64,000 nucleotides of DNA from Eledone cirrhosa. Its lineage: Eukaryota. Shown here one piece after another: positions 1-12,033 of this stretch; positions within the stretch are counted from its first letter, which is position 1; every line of letters begins with the position of its first letter. Position numbers and translations under genes: made by a program. Location: positions 49,848,001 to 49,912,000 of the forward strand of contig OZ024746.1 in assembly GCA_964016885.1 (NCBI GenBank). The letters are read 5' to 3'. The notes below the pieces were generated by a model. The model had not been told where the DNA came from and did no database searches. It saw only the letters and a list, made by a program, of their open reading frames with translations.

Positions 1-516
1 ATTATATATGTTTACTTAATGGTATCAGTTTTAGGAAATGATATTTGTAAGAAGGAAAGCCAAATTATGTAGTTCATCAGTAGTAGAATATTAATTATAG
101 GTTAACTAAATTAAAAACAGTTTATATATTAATTTCTAAAGTGTATATTAATTAGGTTTTTAATATTTAAAGCAGAATTATGTAGTTCATCAGTAGTAGA
201 ATATTAATTATAGGTTAACTAAATTAAAAATAATTATATATGTTTACTTAATGGTATCAGTTTTAGGAAATGATATTTGTAAGAAGGAAAGCCAAATTAT
301 GTAGTTCATCAGTAGTAGAATATTAATTATAGATTAACTAAATTAAAAACAGTTTATATATTAATTTCTAAAGTGTATATTAATTAGGTTTATAATATTT
401 AAAGCAGAATTATGTAATTCATCAGTAGTAGAATATTAATTATAGGTTAACTAAATTAAAAATAATTTATATATTAATTTCTAAAGTGTATATTAATTAG
501 GTTTATAATATTTAAA
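1..516. repeat. AT-rich higher-order tandem repeat (about 232 bp = about 112 + 120 bp subunits) built partly from the 3' end of the adjacent PLE ORF
   Basis: ATTATGTAGTTCATCAGTAGTAGAATATTAATTATAGGTTAAC recurs near 65, 177, 297 and 409; ATTATATATGTTTACTTAATGG recurs at about 1 and 233; the sub-block TATATTAATTAGGTTTATAATATTTAAAG is the ORF stop region at about 489-517. Confidence 0.85.
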
Positions 517-900
517 GGTTTTTCTCAGTTTATGATTACACGATATTATTAATTCCTGTCGCTTATTTAATAGGATATCCTTAGATTTCATTATTTCGAA
601 AAGTTCTTGGGAACACAATCTACATTCATTTCTACTATTTTGATAAAGGGTGGCCCTTTTGAGCACACTCCAGGTCAGGTCATATTCTATATTCCTCTTT
701 CTATAACTATTAATTATTTCAGCTAGAGATGTTGTATTAGCTAGTGCGGCATTTTTAAAACTATGTTTGTGGGTATTAAATCTTACCTTAAAATTGTTAG
801 AGGTAGCTCCTAAATATGAATAAATAGAGTCCTTAGTGTTAACTTTACATTTATATATTATGTTATTAACAAGGCAATTTCCTTTTAATGGACAGTTTAT
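493..900 (-). mobile_element. 5'-truncated Naiad-like PLE: stop-free C-terminal GIY-YIG endonuclease frame (no upstream ATG, absent from the ORF track)
   Basis: Manual translation: NCPLKGNCLVNNIIYKCKVNTKDSIYSYLGATSNNFKVRFNTHKHSF...LTWSVLKRA...CRLCSQE...LLNKRQELIISCNHK...KPN*; homologous to the EN regions at 12.6-13.0 kb and 24.85-25.28 kb; abuts (TA)n. Confidence 0.9.
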
Positions 901-985
901 ATATATATAGTAACTATATATATATAGTAATAATAATAAATTTGAAGACTAAAATCCAAAGAGGGTTCGATAATCTGTTATTTTA

Positions 986-1016
<31 letters not shown>

Positions 1017-1018
<2 letters not shown>

Positions 1019-2942
1019 ACTCTGATACTGGTTCAGTCTGGTTCAAACTGAATTGGTCTGTCCCAGTCATTCATTGAGCAACATCGGTGAAGTTGGCACC
1101 CTTAACTCACAGTTGGGTGCGGATGCATTCATGTATATATGTGTGTGTCCGCGTGTATCTGTGTGTTTCTAAATATATTAATAACTCCCTCTGGTCGAGC
1201 AATCTTTGAAGTGTGGGGACAACTGGAAAGCTTCCATTACTCATACTTCTCGCCTTCTTCACTACCTCTTCTGCGGCCTCGATGTGAATACCCCCTCCGC
1301 CTCCGTGGTATTTTCTTCGTGGTTATAAGAGGCTTAGCTCTGTTTCTCGACCGTTGTATCGCGTGACTATCTCCCCCTCCGCCTTTTGGGATTCTTTCTC
1401 ACGTCGTGTAGACGCGTTCTTGAGACTAGTAAAATGAGGTATCCTCTTGATAAGTCGGCAGACCTCGCAAGGACTCTATATCTTTGATATATTGTTTTTG
1501 TTTATGCCACGAAACTACGTAGTCGAGGAATTTAGGAACAGTTTAGGTATGATACATTTTATTACTAATTATATCTAAATGTTTCTTCTCTCTTCATAAT
1601 GTATTTTTAACTCTGATACTGGTTCAGTCTGGTTCAAACTGAATTGGTCTGTCCCAGTCATTCATTGAGCAACATCGGTGAAGTTGGCACCCTTAACTCA
1701 CAGTTGGGTGCGGATGCATTCATGTATATATGTGTGTGTCCGCGTGTATCTGTGTGTTTCTAAATATATTAATAACTCCCTCTGGTCGAGCAATCTTTGA
1801 AGTGTGGGGACAACTGGAAAGCTTCCATTACTCATACTTCTCGCCTTCTTCACTACCTCTTCTGCGGCCTCGATGTGAATACCCCCTCCGCCTCCGTGGT
1901 ATTTTCTTCGTGGTTATAAGAGGCTTAGCTCTGTTTCTCGACCGTTGTATCGCGTGACTATCTCCCCCTCCGCCTTTTGGGATTCTTTCTCACGTCGTGT
2001 AGACGCGTTCTTGAGACTAGTAAAATGAGGTATCCTCTTGATAAGTCGGCAGACCTCGCAAGGACTCTATATCTTTGATATATTGTTTTTGTTTATGCCA
2101 CGAAACTACGTAGTCGAGGAATTTAGGAACAGTTTAGGTATGATACATTTTATTACTAATTATATCTAAATGTTTCTTCTCTCTTCATAATGTATTTTTA
2201 ACTCTGATACTGGTTCAGTCTGGTTCAAACTGAATTGGTCTGTCCCAGTCATTCATTGAGCAACATCGGTGAAGTTGGCACCCTTAACTCACAGTTGGGT
2301 GCGGATGCATTCATGTATATATGTGTGTGTCCGCGTGTATCTGTGTGTTTCTAAATATATTAATAACTCCCTCTGGTCGAGCAATCTTTGAAGTGTGGGG
2401 ACAACTGGAAAGCTTCCATTACTCATACTTCTCGCCTTCTTCACTACCTCTTCTGCGGCCTCGATGTGAATACCCCCTCCGCCTCCGTGGTATTTTCTTC
2501 GTGGTTATAAGAGGCTTAGCTCTGTTTCTCGACCGTTGTATCGCGTGACTATCTCCCCCTCCGCCTTTTGGGATTCTTTCTCACGTCGTGTAGACGCGTT
2601 CTTGAGACTAGTAAAATGAGGTATCCTCTTGATAAGTCGGCAGACCTCGCAAGGACTCTATATCTTTGATATATTGTTTTTGTTTATGCCACGAAACTAC
2701 GTAGTCGAGGAATTTAGGAACAGTTTAGGTATGATACATTTTATTACTAATTATATCTAAATGTTTCTTCTCTCTTCATAATGTATTTTTAACTCTGATA
2801 CTGGTTCAGTCTGGTTCAAACTGAATTGGTCTGTCCCAGTCATTCATTGAGCAACATCGGTGAAGTTGGCACCCTTAACTCACAGTTGGGTGCGGATGCA
2901 TTCATGTATATATGTGTGTGTCCGCGTGTATCTGTGTGTTTC

Positions 2943-2950
<8 letters not shown>
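1017..2950 (+). repeat. 591-bp tandem array, about 3.3 units that appear identical, one hammerhead per unit; retrozyme/pLTR-like
   Basis: Identical ORFs at 1139, 1730 and 2321 (period 591); a fourth partial unit ends at about 2950; (TA)n on both flanks. Confidence 0.95.
1442..1529 (+). ncRNA. Type I hammerhead ribozyme, U3-A8 core variant (copies at 2033-2120 and 2624-2711)
   Basis: Stem I UCCUC/GAGGA; core UUGAUAA; stem II GU(C)GGCA/UGCCAC with about 44-nt loop; GAAA; palindromic stem III ACUACGUAGU; GUC triplet, predicted cut after 1524. Confidence 0.8.
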
Positions 2951-2977
<27 letters not shown>

Positions 2978-2979
<2 letters not shown>

Positions 2980-3745
2980 AACAATGAGGAAGGTCCTTGT
3001 GCTGTAAGATATACTTGAAAAAGAGAAGAATACTTCACAGGTGGTTGGCATGTTTTAATAATTCAATGTTTTATAAAGAAACATATTTGAGGCGTTTCTG
3101 TTCGAATTTTGTATTTTTCTTGTAGATAACTTCTGGCCTGGGAGAATCTTGAATTTTGGTTTTTAGGGTGCTTGTTCTTCTGTTGCTCCGTTCAGTCTTC
3201 ATGTGTCTTTGATTTTGCCTATCGCTACTTTTATTGGTTCATTGATGGGGGTTGTATCTGGTTCCATTTTTACCATGTCTGTGTATAACCGGGAGTTTTG
3301 GTTTCTTTGATCACTGTTTGATGTTTATTTGTTGCGTGAGAACGTGTCATTCCTTTTTATACCTGGGATTTTTGCAGGCCCTGAGAGTTTTTTTTGTGGG
3401 AGGGGGGAGTAGCTTTTGTGTTTTATTTGTTCTTACCCACAGTTGTTTTTATATTCTTGTAGCCATAGTGTTTTCGACTTCAAAGTCTTTGTGAATTTTA
3501 ATCGCTCCCTGGTCGTATCGATATTTTACAGATCAACTAGCTTTTCACGGATGTTGCCACAGATTTCTTTTATTGATTTCTTCTCGTATATTGAATTTTT
3601 CCTGGAATTTTGCTACTTTAAGAGTAAAATATTTCCGCCTCAAAATTTCTGCAGTTTTAGATTTAACCTTATTTTTGTCTTTTCGTTTTGTTCCGATGTT
3701 ATTTCTGTAGTTCGGAACTTTCTAGGGAGAATCACGTGTTCTTAA
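2978..3745 (-). pseudogene. Decayed coding-like segment, possibly the N-terminal part of a PLE ORF
   Basis: Minus strand gives Lys/Glu-rich pieces (EHVILPRKFRTTEITSEQNEKTKIRLNLKLQKF*) with stops; abuts (TA)n; once the Helitron is removed it lies next to a hairpin and an HHR. No catalytic motif seen. Confidence 0.3.
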
Positions 3746-3756
3746 CTCTTTTCTTA

Positions 3757-4828
3757 TCTATATATATAAAACAGAGGGTGTCTGTGTGTCTGTTTCCCTA
3801 AAACTCGAAAAGTACCCAACGGTTGTTTTTCAAACTTTACACGTGTAATAAATATGACCCCGGAAGTGTTTTGAGCAAAAGAATATTTAAAATTATTCTA
3901 TCCTAGGGATCGAATTAGTGAAGTGACCAATGTCTCTACATAATGAGGTAGTGAGAGGGGAGAGAAAGAAACGGTGAGGCGAAGTGACGAAGTGGCTTTT
4001 TTCTCCTCTTCCTCCTTCTCCCATTCGTCACAGCGTTTTTCGATAGAATGTAAGTTACAAAGAGAGAAAGAGTGAGAGTGAAAGAAAGAGACAGACTACA
4101 AGAGGGGGATAGCGGGAGGGAGAGAGAGAGTGAAAGACGCTGTCTTTTGATACTGTCAAAGATACATGACGTATAACTATTAACATGTGTGCGTGTGTGT
4201 GTGTATGTGTGTGTGAGCGTTCCAATAAGAGTAAAATCTATTAACATGTGAGTGTGTGTATGTGCACATATGCGTGTGTGAGTTTGCCATATGTATGTGT
4301 CTGTATCTGTATACACGTGTATATATATATATATATCTACACGTGTATAATATAATGTATAGCTCCTTTATTGTAAGAGCTGATCCTTAATCCTGCATAG
4401 GCGGCTGTTATTTCTAGCACCGTGAATGTGGGATAGCTAGTTTTGGCCTGCCTACCCACGTGTAGTCAGACCTGCAAAATTTTTGATGTGAGATAGCCTA
4501 ATCTTACTGGATTCCTGTTGATAAGCACAGAAGATTTGGACATTTCACTCTTTTATTTCTATTCCATTTCGATTCTCTTTATTTTTCAATTCACATTCCA
4601 CCGTTGCGAAACTTATTTGGGTTTCGAGGTTCAAATTCGTCTACAGAACAGGTTTGAATTTTGAAATTTAAATATGTCCAGGAATCATGGCCGTTGCCAA
4701 TATAATCTTGTCTTTATTGACTTGTATCGAGACAGACAAATTGTATTCACTTTTATTAGTTTATTTCATTAATAGCTAACTTTGTCTGTTGCAATGTAAA
4801 CACATTTCGTGTTTATCATATACTTTAA

Positions 4829-4874
<46 letters not shown>

Positions 4875-5545
4875 ATTATTATTATATATATTTATATACA
4901 TGTCGTCTGCTTCCCTTATGAGTTAGCGATCTCTTTCTCTTTCTCTTAGTCTTTCTCTTTTTAGATAGATACATAGATATGACGTCGCGCCTTCATAATA
5001 TCTATCTGTATGCCTGACTGTCTGCATTACGTCATCATGACGCGATCAGTGTGTGTGTGTATATATATTCTTATGCCAGGGAACGTCTTCACGAACCAAA
5101 GTATCGTCTTCCTGTTTTCCAGATTGATTTTTTTAGTTTCAGAAGATCCCGTTAAGGTTGAAAGCAGCGATTCTTTGCTTAAACATTAATATGTTATTTT
5201 AATGTAGATATTCGTGTACAGATATTTTTGCATACACAAAAACAAAATATAAACAAACAAGGCCAAAGATTACATCAATTAGTCTTAGTGCATGTACTTC
5301 ATACTGCTTTTAGGTAGAATATCCCGTTAAGGGTGAAAGCAGTGATTCTTTGCTTAAACTTTAGTCTGTTATTTTAATATATATATATATATATAATTAT
5401 ATATTTATGGACAGATATGTTTGTATACACAATAACAAAATATAAACAAACGTATTTATTTCACGAGGTTCGATAAGTATATATATATATCAAATATATA
5501 AGAACCCTATAGCAAATCCCGAGCAACGCCGGGCCATTTTGCTAG
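3757..5545 (+). mobile_element. Non-autonomous Helitron (about 1.8 kb)
   Basis: 5' A|TCTATATATATAAAA; subterminal hairpin CCCGAGCAACGCCGGG at 5518-5533; 3' CTAG|T; inserted between A and T with no TSD; internal direct duplication at about 5146-5260 and 5320-5450. Confidence 0.8.
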
Positions 5546-5629
5546 TTCTATTTTATTTATTTATTTATATATAAATAAAATAGAATAAGAAAACATTACA
5601 GCAATGCAATGGGAGGAAACGTAATAGTA

Positions 5630-5669
5630 TCACTGATGATATCACAGGTGTGTGACGAAAGAACTCTGA
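5630..5669 (+). ncRNA. Minimal type I hammerhead candidate
   Basis: UCA-CUGAUGA-ua-UCACA(ggug)UGUGA-c-GAAAGaaCUC-UGA; stem I only 3 bp, CUC triplet. Confidence 0.5.
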
Positions 5670-7047
5670 GAGACTATATTTATATCTATATTTTTAACCT
5701 GTTGGTCAATCAATCACAAAAATTGATTGCCAGCTAAATTAATTATAGAAATATAAAATATACTGAAACGAAAACTAACCCAAACCAACAGTGTGTTTTA
5801 TTATATATTTCTAGCAATATTATAACAACATGACCCTCCCCAAATATAACAAGAGTTAGAAGATATTAAAAGTAAAAATAAAGCAAAAAGCACACCAACA
5901 ACTAACAAACACAAAGACAAGAACATTACCAGAAAATTATCGGTGCTTGTTTAAAAGTGGTCAATGCATTGGAACATGTCGTATCTATGTTCATTGTTTC
6001 GTGAAAGAGAACATTTCTAAAGCGGTAGCGAAATAATTTCATGCTTCTTAACTGTCTCAATTGTAGATTACAAATTTTAAAATTTTGTTCACACAAATAA
6101 CACTTCGTATCTTTGTGTTCAAACCAGAAACCATGCAGTGCATAGCCGGCATTGCTCAGTGGCGTTTATACACATAGTACTGATTTCGAGAATTGACTTA
6201 TCGTTATAGAAAATGATAAAATTTTGGTTTTCCAACTTTTGATTCTCGTAGTATTCGCCTTCGTTTCGAAGATTATAGTTTCCTTTCGATCAAGCGGGAC
6301 TTTTGTCTAATCCAGAAAGTATCTATGCTATTTCAAACTTGCGTGCAACCAGTTAATATATCGCATGACGTTAAGGATGTTTCTTCATTTCATGTATTAA
6401 ATAACGAATACTCAAGAAAAATACTCAACAAACCAACAATAATCGTGATAATTCCAGTTGCATATCAGTGAAAGGTCATCATTTTATATGTGAAGGCTAT
6501 TTTCAATCCAGTGAAAAATAAAGTACACATCCCCTTATCATTTTATTCTGGTTCACAATGGAGATTAAGCGGTGGATGAAGCAAATGCACTTTCAGAAGA
6601 ATCAAAGGAACCAAAACGGAAACTTAAAATCAAGAAACTTGAACAAACTTCAATTTTAAACACAATATTTGTAGACCTCATCATGTTCCTTCCATTCTGT
6701 AAACCACGAGTATCTTTGTTTACTTCAATGCATACACAATATCCAATAAGATAATATTGGTCTCTGTTCATAAAGACAAAGATGCAAAGAAGTACAATAT
6801 GATAGCATCAGTACTGTTTTTAACGGTTTAATCTGAGGTGGTATGGTTACTCCCATGACACCTCTCACGCCGTTGAGACTGATGAGATGAAGGGAGAAAG
6901 TCTTCCCTCGGGCAGGTGGCATGAGTCGAATGCTTACAGCAGAGTGAACTCCGTTAAAAACAACTCAAGGATCAGATGGTGGTGTTAAACTGGAAAAAAG
7001 ATTAAGTCGAATAACTATTCACAGACAGGCAGATCTCTTACAAATAA

Positions 7048-7096
7048 ATTTCACTCATAAACTTTGGTCGATCCGAGGCCTGGTAGAAGATTTGCC
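7048..7096 (-). mobile_element. Short decayed SINE-like fragment
   Basis: TTTCACTCATAAACTTTGGTCGATCCGAGGCCTGGTAGAAGA resembles, from memory, an abundant cephalopod SINE read in reverse; not verifiable here. Confidence 0.3.
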
Positions 7097-7196
7097 ACAT
7101 TTTTTGTTCACTCTCTTATCTTTCATTCAATTGTAAAAACACGTACAAGTATGCATATAAAGATTTATATTGCAATTTAAATAAAATTAACAAACC

Positions 7197-8420
<1,224 letters not shown>

Positions 8421-8423
8421 ATA

Positions 8424-8617
8424 CGTTATTCCGGGTTGAATCGGAGGTAACCACAGTAAGTAAGGTACTCAATACATAGCAGAGTATAAAAGTTTTAATA
8501 TAGATGAGATTCTACAGGACTAGAACTGTTTCATTCATTAGAAATCATCAGGAATCTGATGATTTCTAATGAATGAAACAGTTCTAGTCCTGTAGAATCT
8601 CATCTATATTAAAACTT
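8424..8617 (-). mobile_element. PLE pLTR fragment with a perfect 62-bp-arm palindrome (8490-8551 / 8556-8617)
   Basis: Arms are exact reverse complements around GAAT; flanked by (TA)n; inverted homolog at about 10295-10416 and diverged homolog at about 17430-17575. Confidence 0.8.
8507..8557 (-). ncRNA. Type I hammerhead ribozyme with canonical core
   Basis: Stem I AGAUUC/GAAUCU; CUGAUGA; short stem II uUUC(uaau)GAAu; GAAACAG(uucuaguc)CUGU-A, GUA triplet. Confidence 0.75.
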
Positions 8618-9156
8618 ATATATATATATATATATATATATATAGATATATATATATATATATATAATACTGAAACGAAGCTATCCAATAGGACCGATAC
8701 AACTTCGGTCATTTTCCCACTCAGTCAATAATTGAATTAAGTCATTATCATTAAGACACTAACCTAAGAAAAATAGCGGCTGGCTACACTTATAAGTTAA
8801 TTAGTGAGAAAAACAACTTCGTGTACGTAGAACATTTGATTTTCCGGCCCCGGACTAATGTATTAGCTTCTGCGACTGCACTTGCTAGTGGCAGTCCAAA
8901 TGGAACTACTGTGTACAGAAATTAGGTAATGCTATTAAGCATTACGTAATTGGCTAAGAGTGGCGTCCTCAGCGGAGAGTTAGCCTCTCTCGAACGGATC
9001 AGTTTTCAACACCATACTCCAAGTTTATTGAGGTCGAGTCAATGTTCCACCTATGTGTTACGATTAATAACTATATATATATATAATACTGAAACGAAGC
9101 TATCCAATAGGACCGATACATCTTCGATTGTTATAAATATATATGTTTATCCCGGT

Positions 9157-9203
9157 CTTCCTGATAATTTCTTCTGAATGAAACAGTTCTAGTCCTGTTG
9201 AAG
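9157..9203 (+). ncRNA. Hammerhead homolog of 8507-8557 with G8A core and covarying stem I
   Basis: CUUC-CUGAUAA-...-GAAACAG..CUGU-U-GAAG; stem I AUUC/GAAU is replaced by CUUC/GAAG. Confidence 0.6.
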
Positions 9204-9224
9204 CCATTTCTCTCTCTCTCTCTG

Positions 9225-9303
<79 letters not shown>

Positions 9304-9325
9304 CTCTATATATATATATATATAA

Positions 9326-10277
9326 GTTTGTATTTGTAAGCCAAAACAATGCAGGTATGGACATAGAATAAAAATGCAAATGCAAAAGATATTGTTGACA
9401 ATCTGTCTTTTACCCTAAATTTATTTAAATGTCCTTAATTTTCGAGATAATATCTCTTCTTCGGAGGGAAGTAAAGCGGTTAAACCAGTGTTCTAAATAG
9501 CTTGCCAAGTCATGCTGACAGGAAATGGTATAGAGTATCTGTTCTATTTCTAATGTCAAAAAGTTAAGGTTAGGTGGATAAAGAGTAGTCTCCCTTTAAA
9601 AGGGGTTTTGTACATGTATGTTTAAGTGTGTGGGAGAATGCGTGAAGGTGTAAGTATGTGTGTGTGTGTGAGAAGATATGTCTATACGTAAATGTGGGGG
9701 ATAGATGCTCTCTCGTGTTAGAACTGGTCTTTGTGTGTGTATGTGTGTGTGTGAGAGAGAATAAGTGGAGGTGTAAGCGTGTAGGGTGGGGGTGTAAGTA
9801 TGGGGCTAAATGCTCTATAAAGTTATAAATTGGGTGTTGAGTTCTAGTCTATTATTGATTGGTGGTTGTGTTTTGTCTATAATTAGTGCTTCCTTAATTC
9901 TAAGATTGCCGAGGTTTCTTTCCTTAGTTTCTATCCTAACTGTTATGGTTTTGTCGGTGTTTTTGCATTTCACTAGGTGTTTCTTAAATGAGGAAGCGTT
10001 AGTATTGAGGTGTTCTTTTATTCTTATGTGGAGTGGTCTGGTGGTGCTACCTATGTAGAAGTTGCTGCATTTGTCGCACTCTAGTCTGTATACGACGTAA
10101 GCCTGCTGGCATAGGTCTGTGTCGTTGATGGGGCGGTTGGCTAGCCTGCAGCGGTTGTCATGTCTGGTGGAGTGTCTTTTGGTTAGCTGTCCGCGTAGAG
10201 AAGGTCCTGACTGGGCTAGTTAGATATCTAGTCCCTCTCGTCTGATAGCTCTGCGGATGGCTGTTGTTGTTTCGTCA
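9326..10277 (-). mobile_element. 5'-truncated Penelope/Poseidon-like PLE (GIY-YIG end plus pLTR), same family as 46249-47869
   Basis: Colinear homology with about 46249-47245; encodes YVVYRLECDKCSNFYIGSTTRPLHIRIKEH; (TA)n on both sides; minimal HHR at 9433-9467 (CCGAAGA core). Confidence 0.9.
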
Positions 10278-10440
10278 TATATATATATATATAAATTTCT
10301 AATGAATGAAACAGTTCTAGTCCTGTAGAATCTCTTCTATATTAAAACTGTTATACTCTGCTATGTATTGAGTACCTTACTTACTGTGGTTACCTCCGAT
10401 TCAACCCGGAATAACGTATATATATATATATATATATATA

Positions 10441-12033
10441 TAACGAAGGAAATGTGGTAAGGAACCAGATGGACCATAACGCACCAAAGTACTCAATACT
10501 TAGGGTAATAGAGTGGGTAATAGGAACAAGTATGACCCCGACGGCAGAGCTCAAGCCGTTTCGACGGCTAATTCTGGACTAAATAAGAATTTTTAGCCTG
10601 GTAAATAAATAGCCGAACTTCTCAGGGGGTAATTCCTTATATAGGAAGATAGTAATTGTCAAAAGGATTGGTCAAAGATTTGTTGTAAAGACAGATGATT
10701 CTATCATGGCATTTAGTGGGAGGTAGGGGTATCTGAACTTGCAGGTAGAACAACGAGGGAGTGGGGGAAACCCAGTCAAGCGTTGAAAGTGAAATCTATA
10801 CAGCAGACTCTAAGAAGGTCGAAAGAAGTGTACTGGAGAAGGGGAGGGGTTGAAAGAATAGGTAAATCTAAAGGGAGTAAACAAAAAAGGCATTATAAAA
10901 ATGAGGAAATAAATATATAAAAACAATTTCTGGTTACTACTCCATCCCCACAATCACCAAATCTCTCATTGGTATTGCTAAGCTATAGAAAAGTTTAATA
11001 GGTGGAGAAAAATACGAGATTGTAGTGAAAGAAGTTTATAAAGCCGGCTTTACAGAGTGTCTAACATCACTGCTACAGTTAGTAGTAATCAGCCAATGAT
11101 AGGCTGATTACTACTAACTTACAATGACAGGTTAATAAGTTGAGAACAAGCATACTAAAATACTACTACAAAAATACTAATACGAAATATTAATTCAGAA
11201 TACTAATACATAAATACTAATACAAGAATACTAATACCAAAATACCACTAAGAAATTTAGAAATCACGGAAATGGAGCAGCAACCAGAAAGAAAACAATT
11301 TACTGTGGTCTAACACATCTGTTTTAAAAAGCGTAATATGCCAATTCTATCTTAAAATTAGGGGGTGGAGGTACTGAAGCTACAGAGGACCGATAGGCTG
11401 AATCGGGGTGGGCGAAAAGGTGAAAAAAAGACGGTATGCGTAGTACAGATCATTATCGAGGTTAAGGGTAACGTCCAGGAAGTTTACTCGGATTAGGGAC
11501 GTTTTTAGGGTTATTTTAAATCCCCAGTCGCGGAAGAAGCTGATTAATTGTTTACGGACCCGGTCTGTACTACTGGGGTTGACCCTTTGAGGATAAAGAG
11601 CCCATCATCACGGTACAATCCACCGCCGAATGCAGGAAACATTTCGGTGAGTTTAAATAGTAGAAATAATCCTATAATATTGGTGACCTCAGCCGAATCC
11701 GTCGCGCCCATACTGACGTCGAAGGGGGAATCAGGAGCTCTCTTTATTGATTTGGAGTTGTCGAAAAGTAGGACTGTCTTCCTGGCGTGGAGGATGATAT
11801 TTCTTTCCTGGTCGGTGACGGGCGTGAGTGTTTCGGCAAAGTCCAAGGCGGCCGTAAAGAGCGGTAAGTTAATTGATGCATAGTAACTCCCTATGTGAAA
11901 CTGGATGAATTTTGTGTCTCGTTTGTCCTTCATATTGCTAAGCCATGAGATTATTTCCTGAGTGTTGATCCATAGGCTAAGTCTCGCGTTTTGCTTAACT
12001 TTTGGTATAACGCGGTCTAGGATTTTTTTACTG
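10441..12033 (-). mobile_element. Naiad-like PLE, left arm of an inverted pair; RT fragment joined by an internal deletion to the 3' region/pLTR
   Basis: ORF 11544-12089 contains FDVSMGATDSAEV and GGLYRDDGL; about 10520-11435 is the reverse complement of about 13205-14100. Confidence 0.9.
10535..10630 (-). ncRNA. Type I hammerhead, CUGAGAA (G8A) core, long loop II
   Basis: Stem I ACCCC/GGGGU; stem II CGGCUA/UAGCCG closed by G-C; GAAACGGC(uugagcucu)GCCGU-C, GUC triplet; palindromic GAGCUC in loop III. Confidence 0.75.

Noticed and set aside
65-430. CTGATGA on the minus strand in each subunit of the 232-bp repeat as hammerhead cores
   Set aside because: No properly placed stem II, GAAA, stem III or stem I partner found
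1139-2548. Three identical 75-aa ORFs as a tandem gene family
   Set aside because: They result from the 591-bp repeat, start inside a TG/TA tract and show no recognisable domain
6876-6910. CTGATGAGATGAAGGGAGAAAGTC as a hammerhead
   Set aside because: The segment between CUGAUGA and GAAA cannot pair, and stems I and III are unconvincing
11492-11512. TTAGGG hexamers as telomeric repeats
   Set aside because: Only two separated copies inside RT coding sequence
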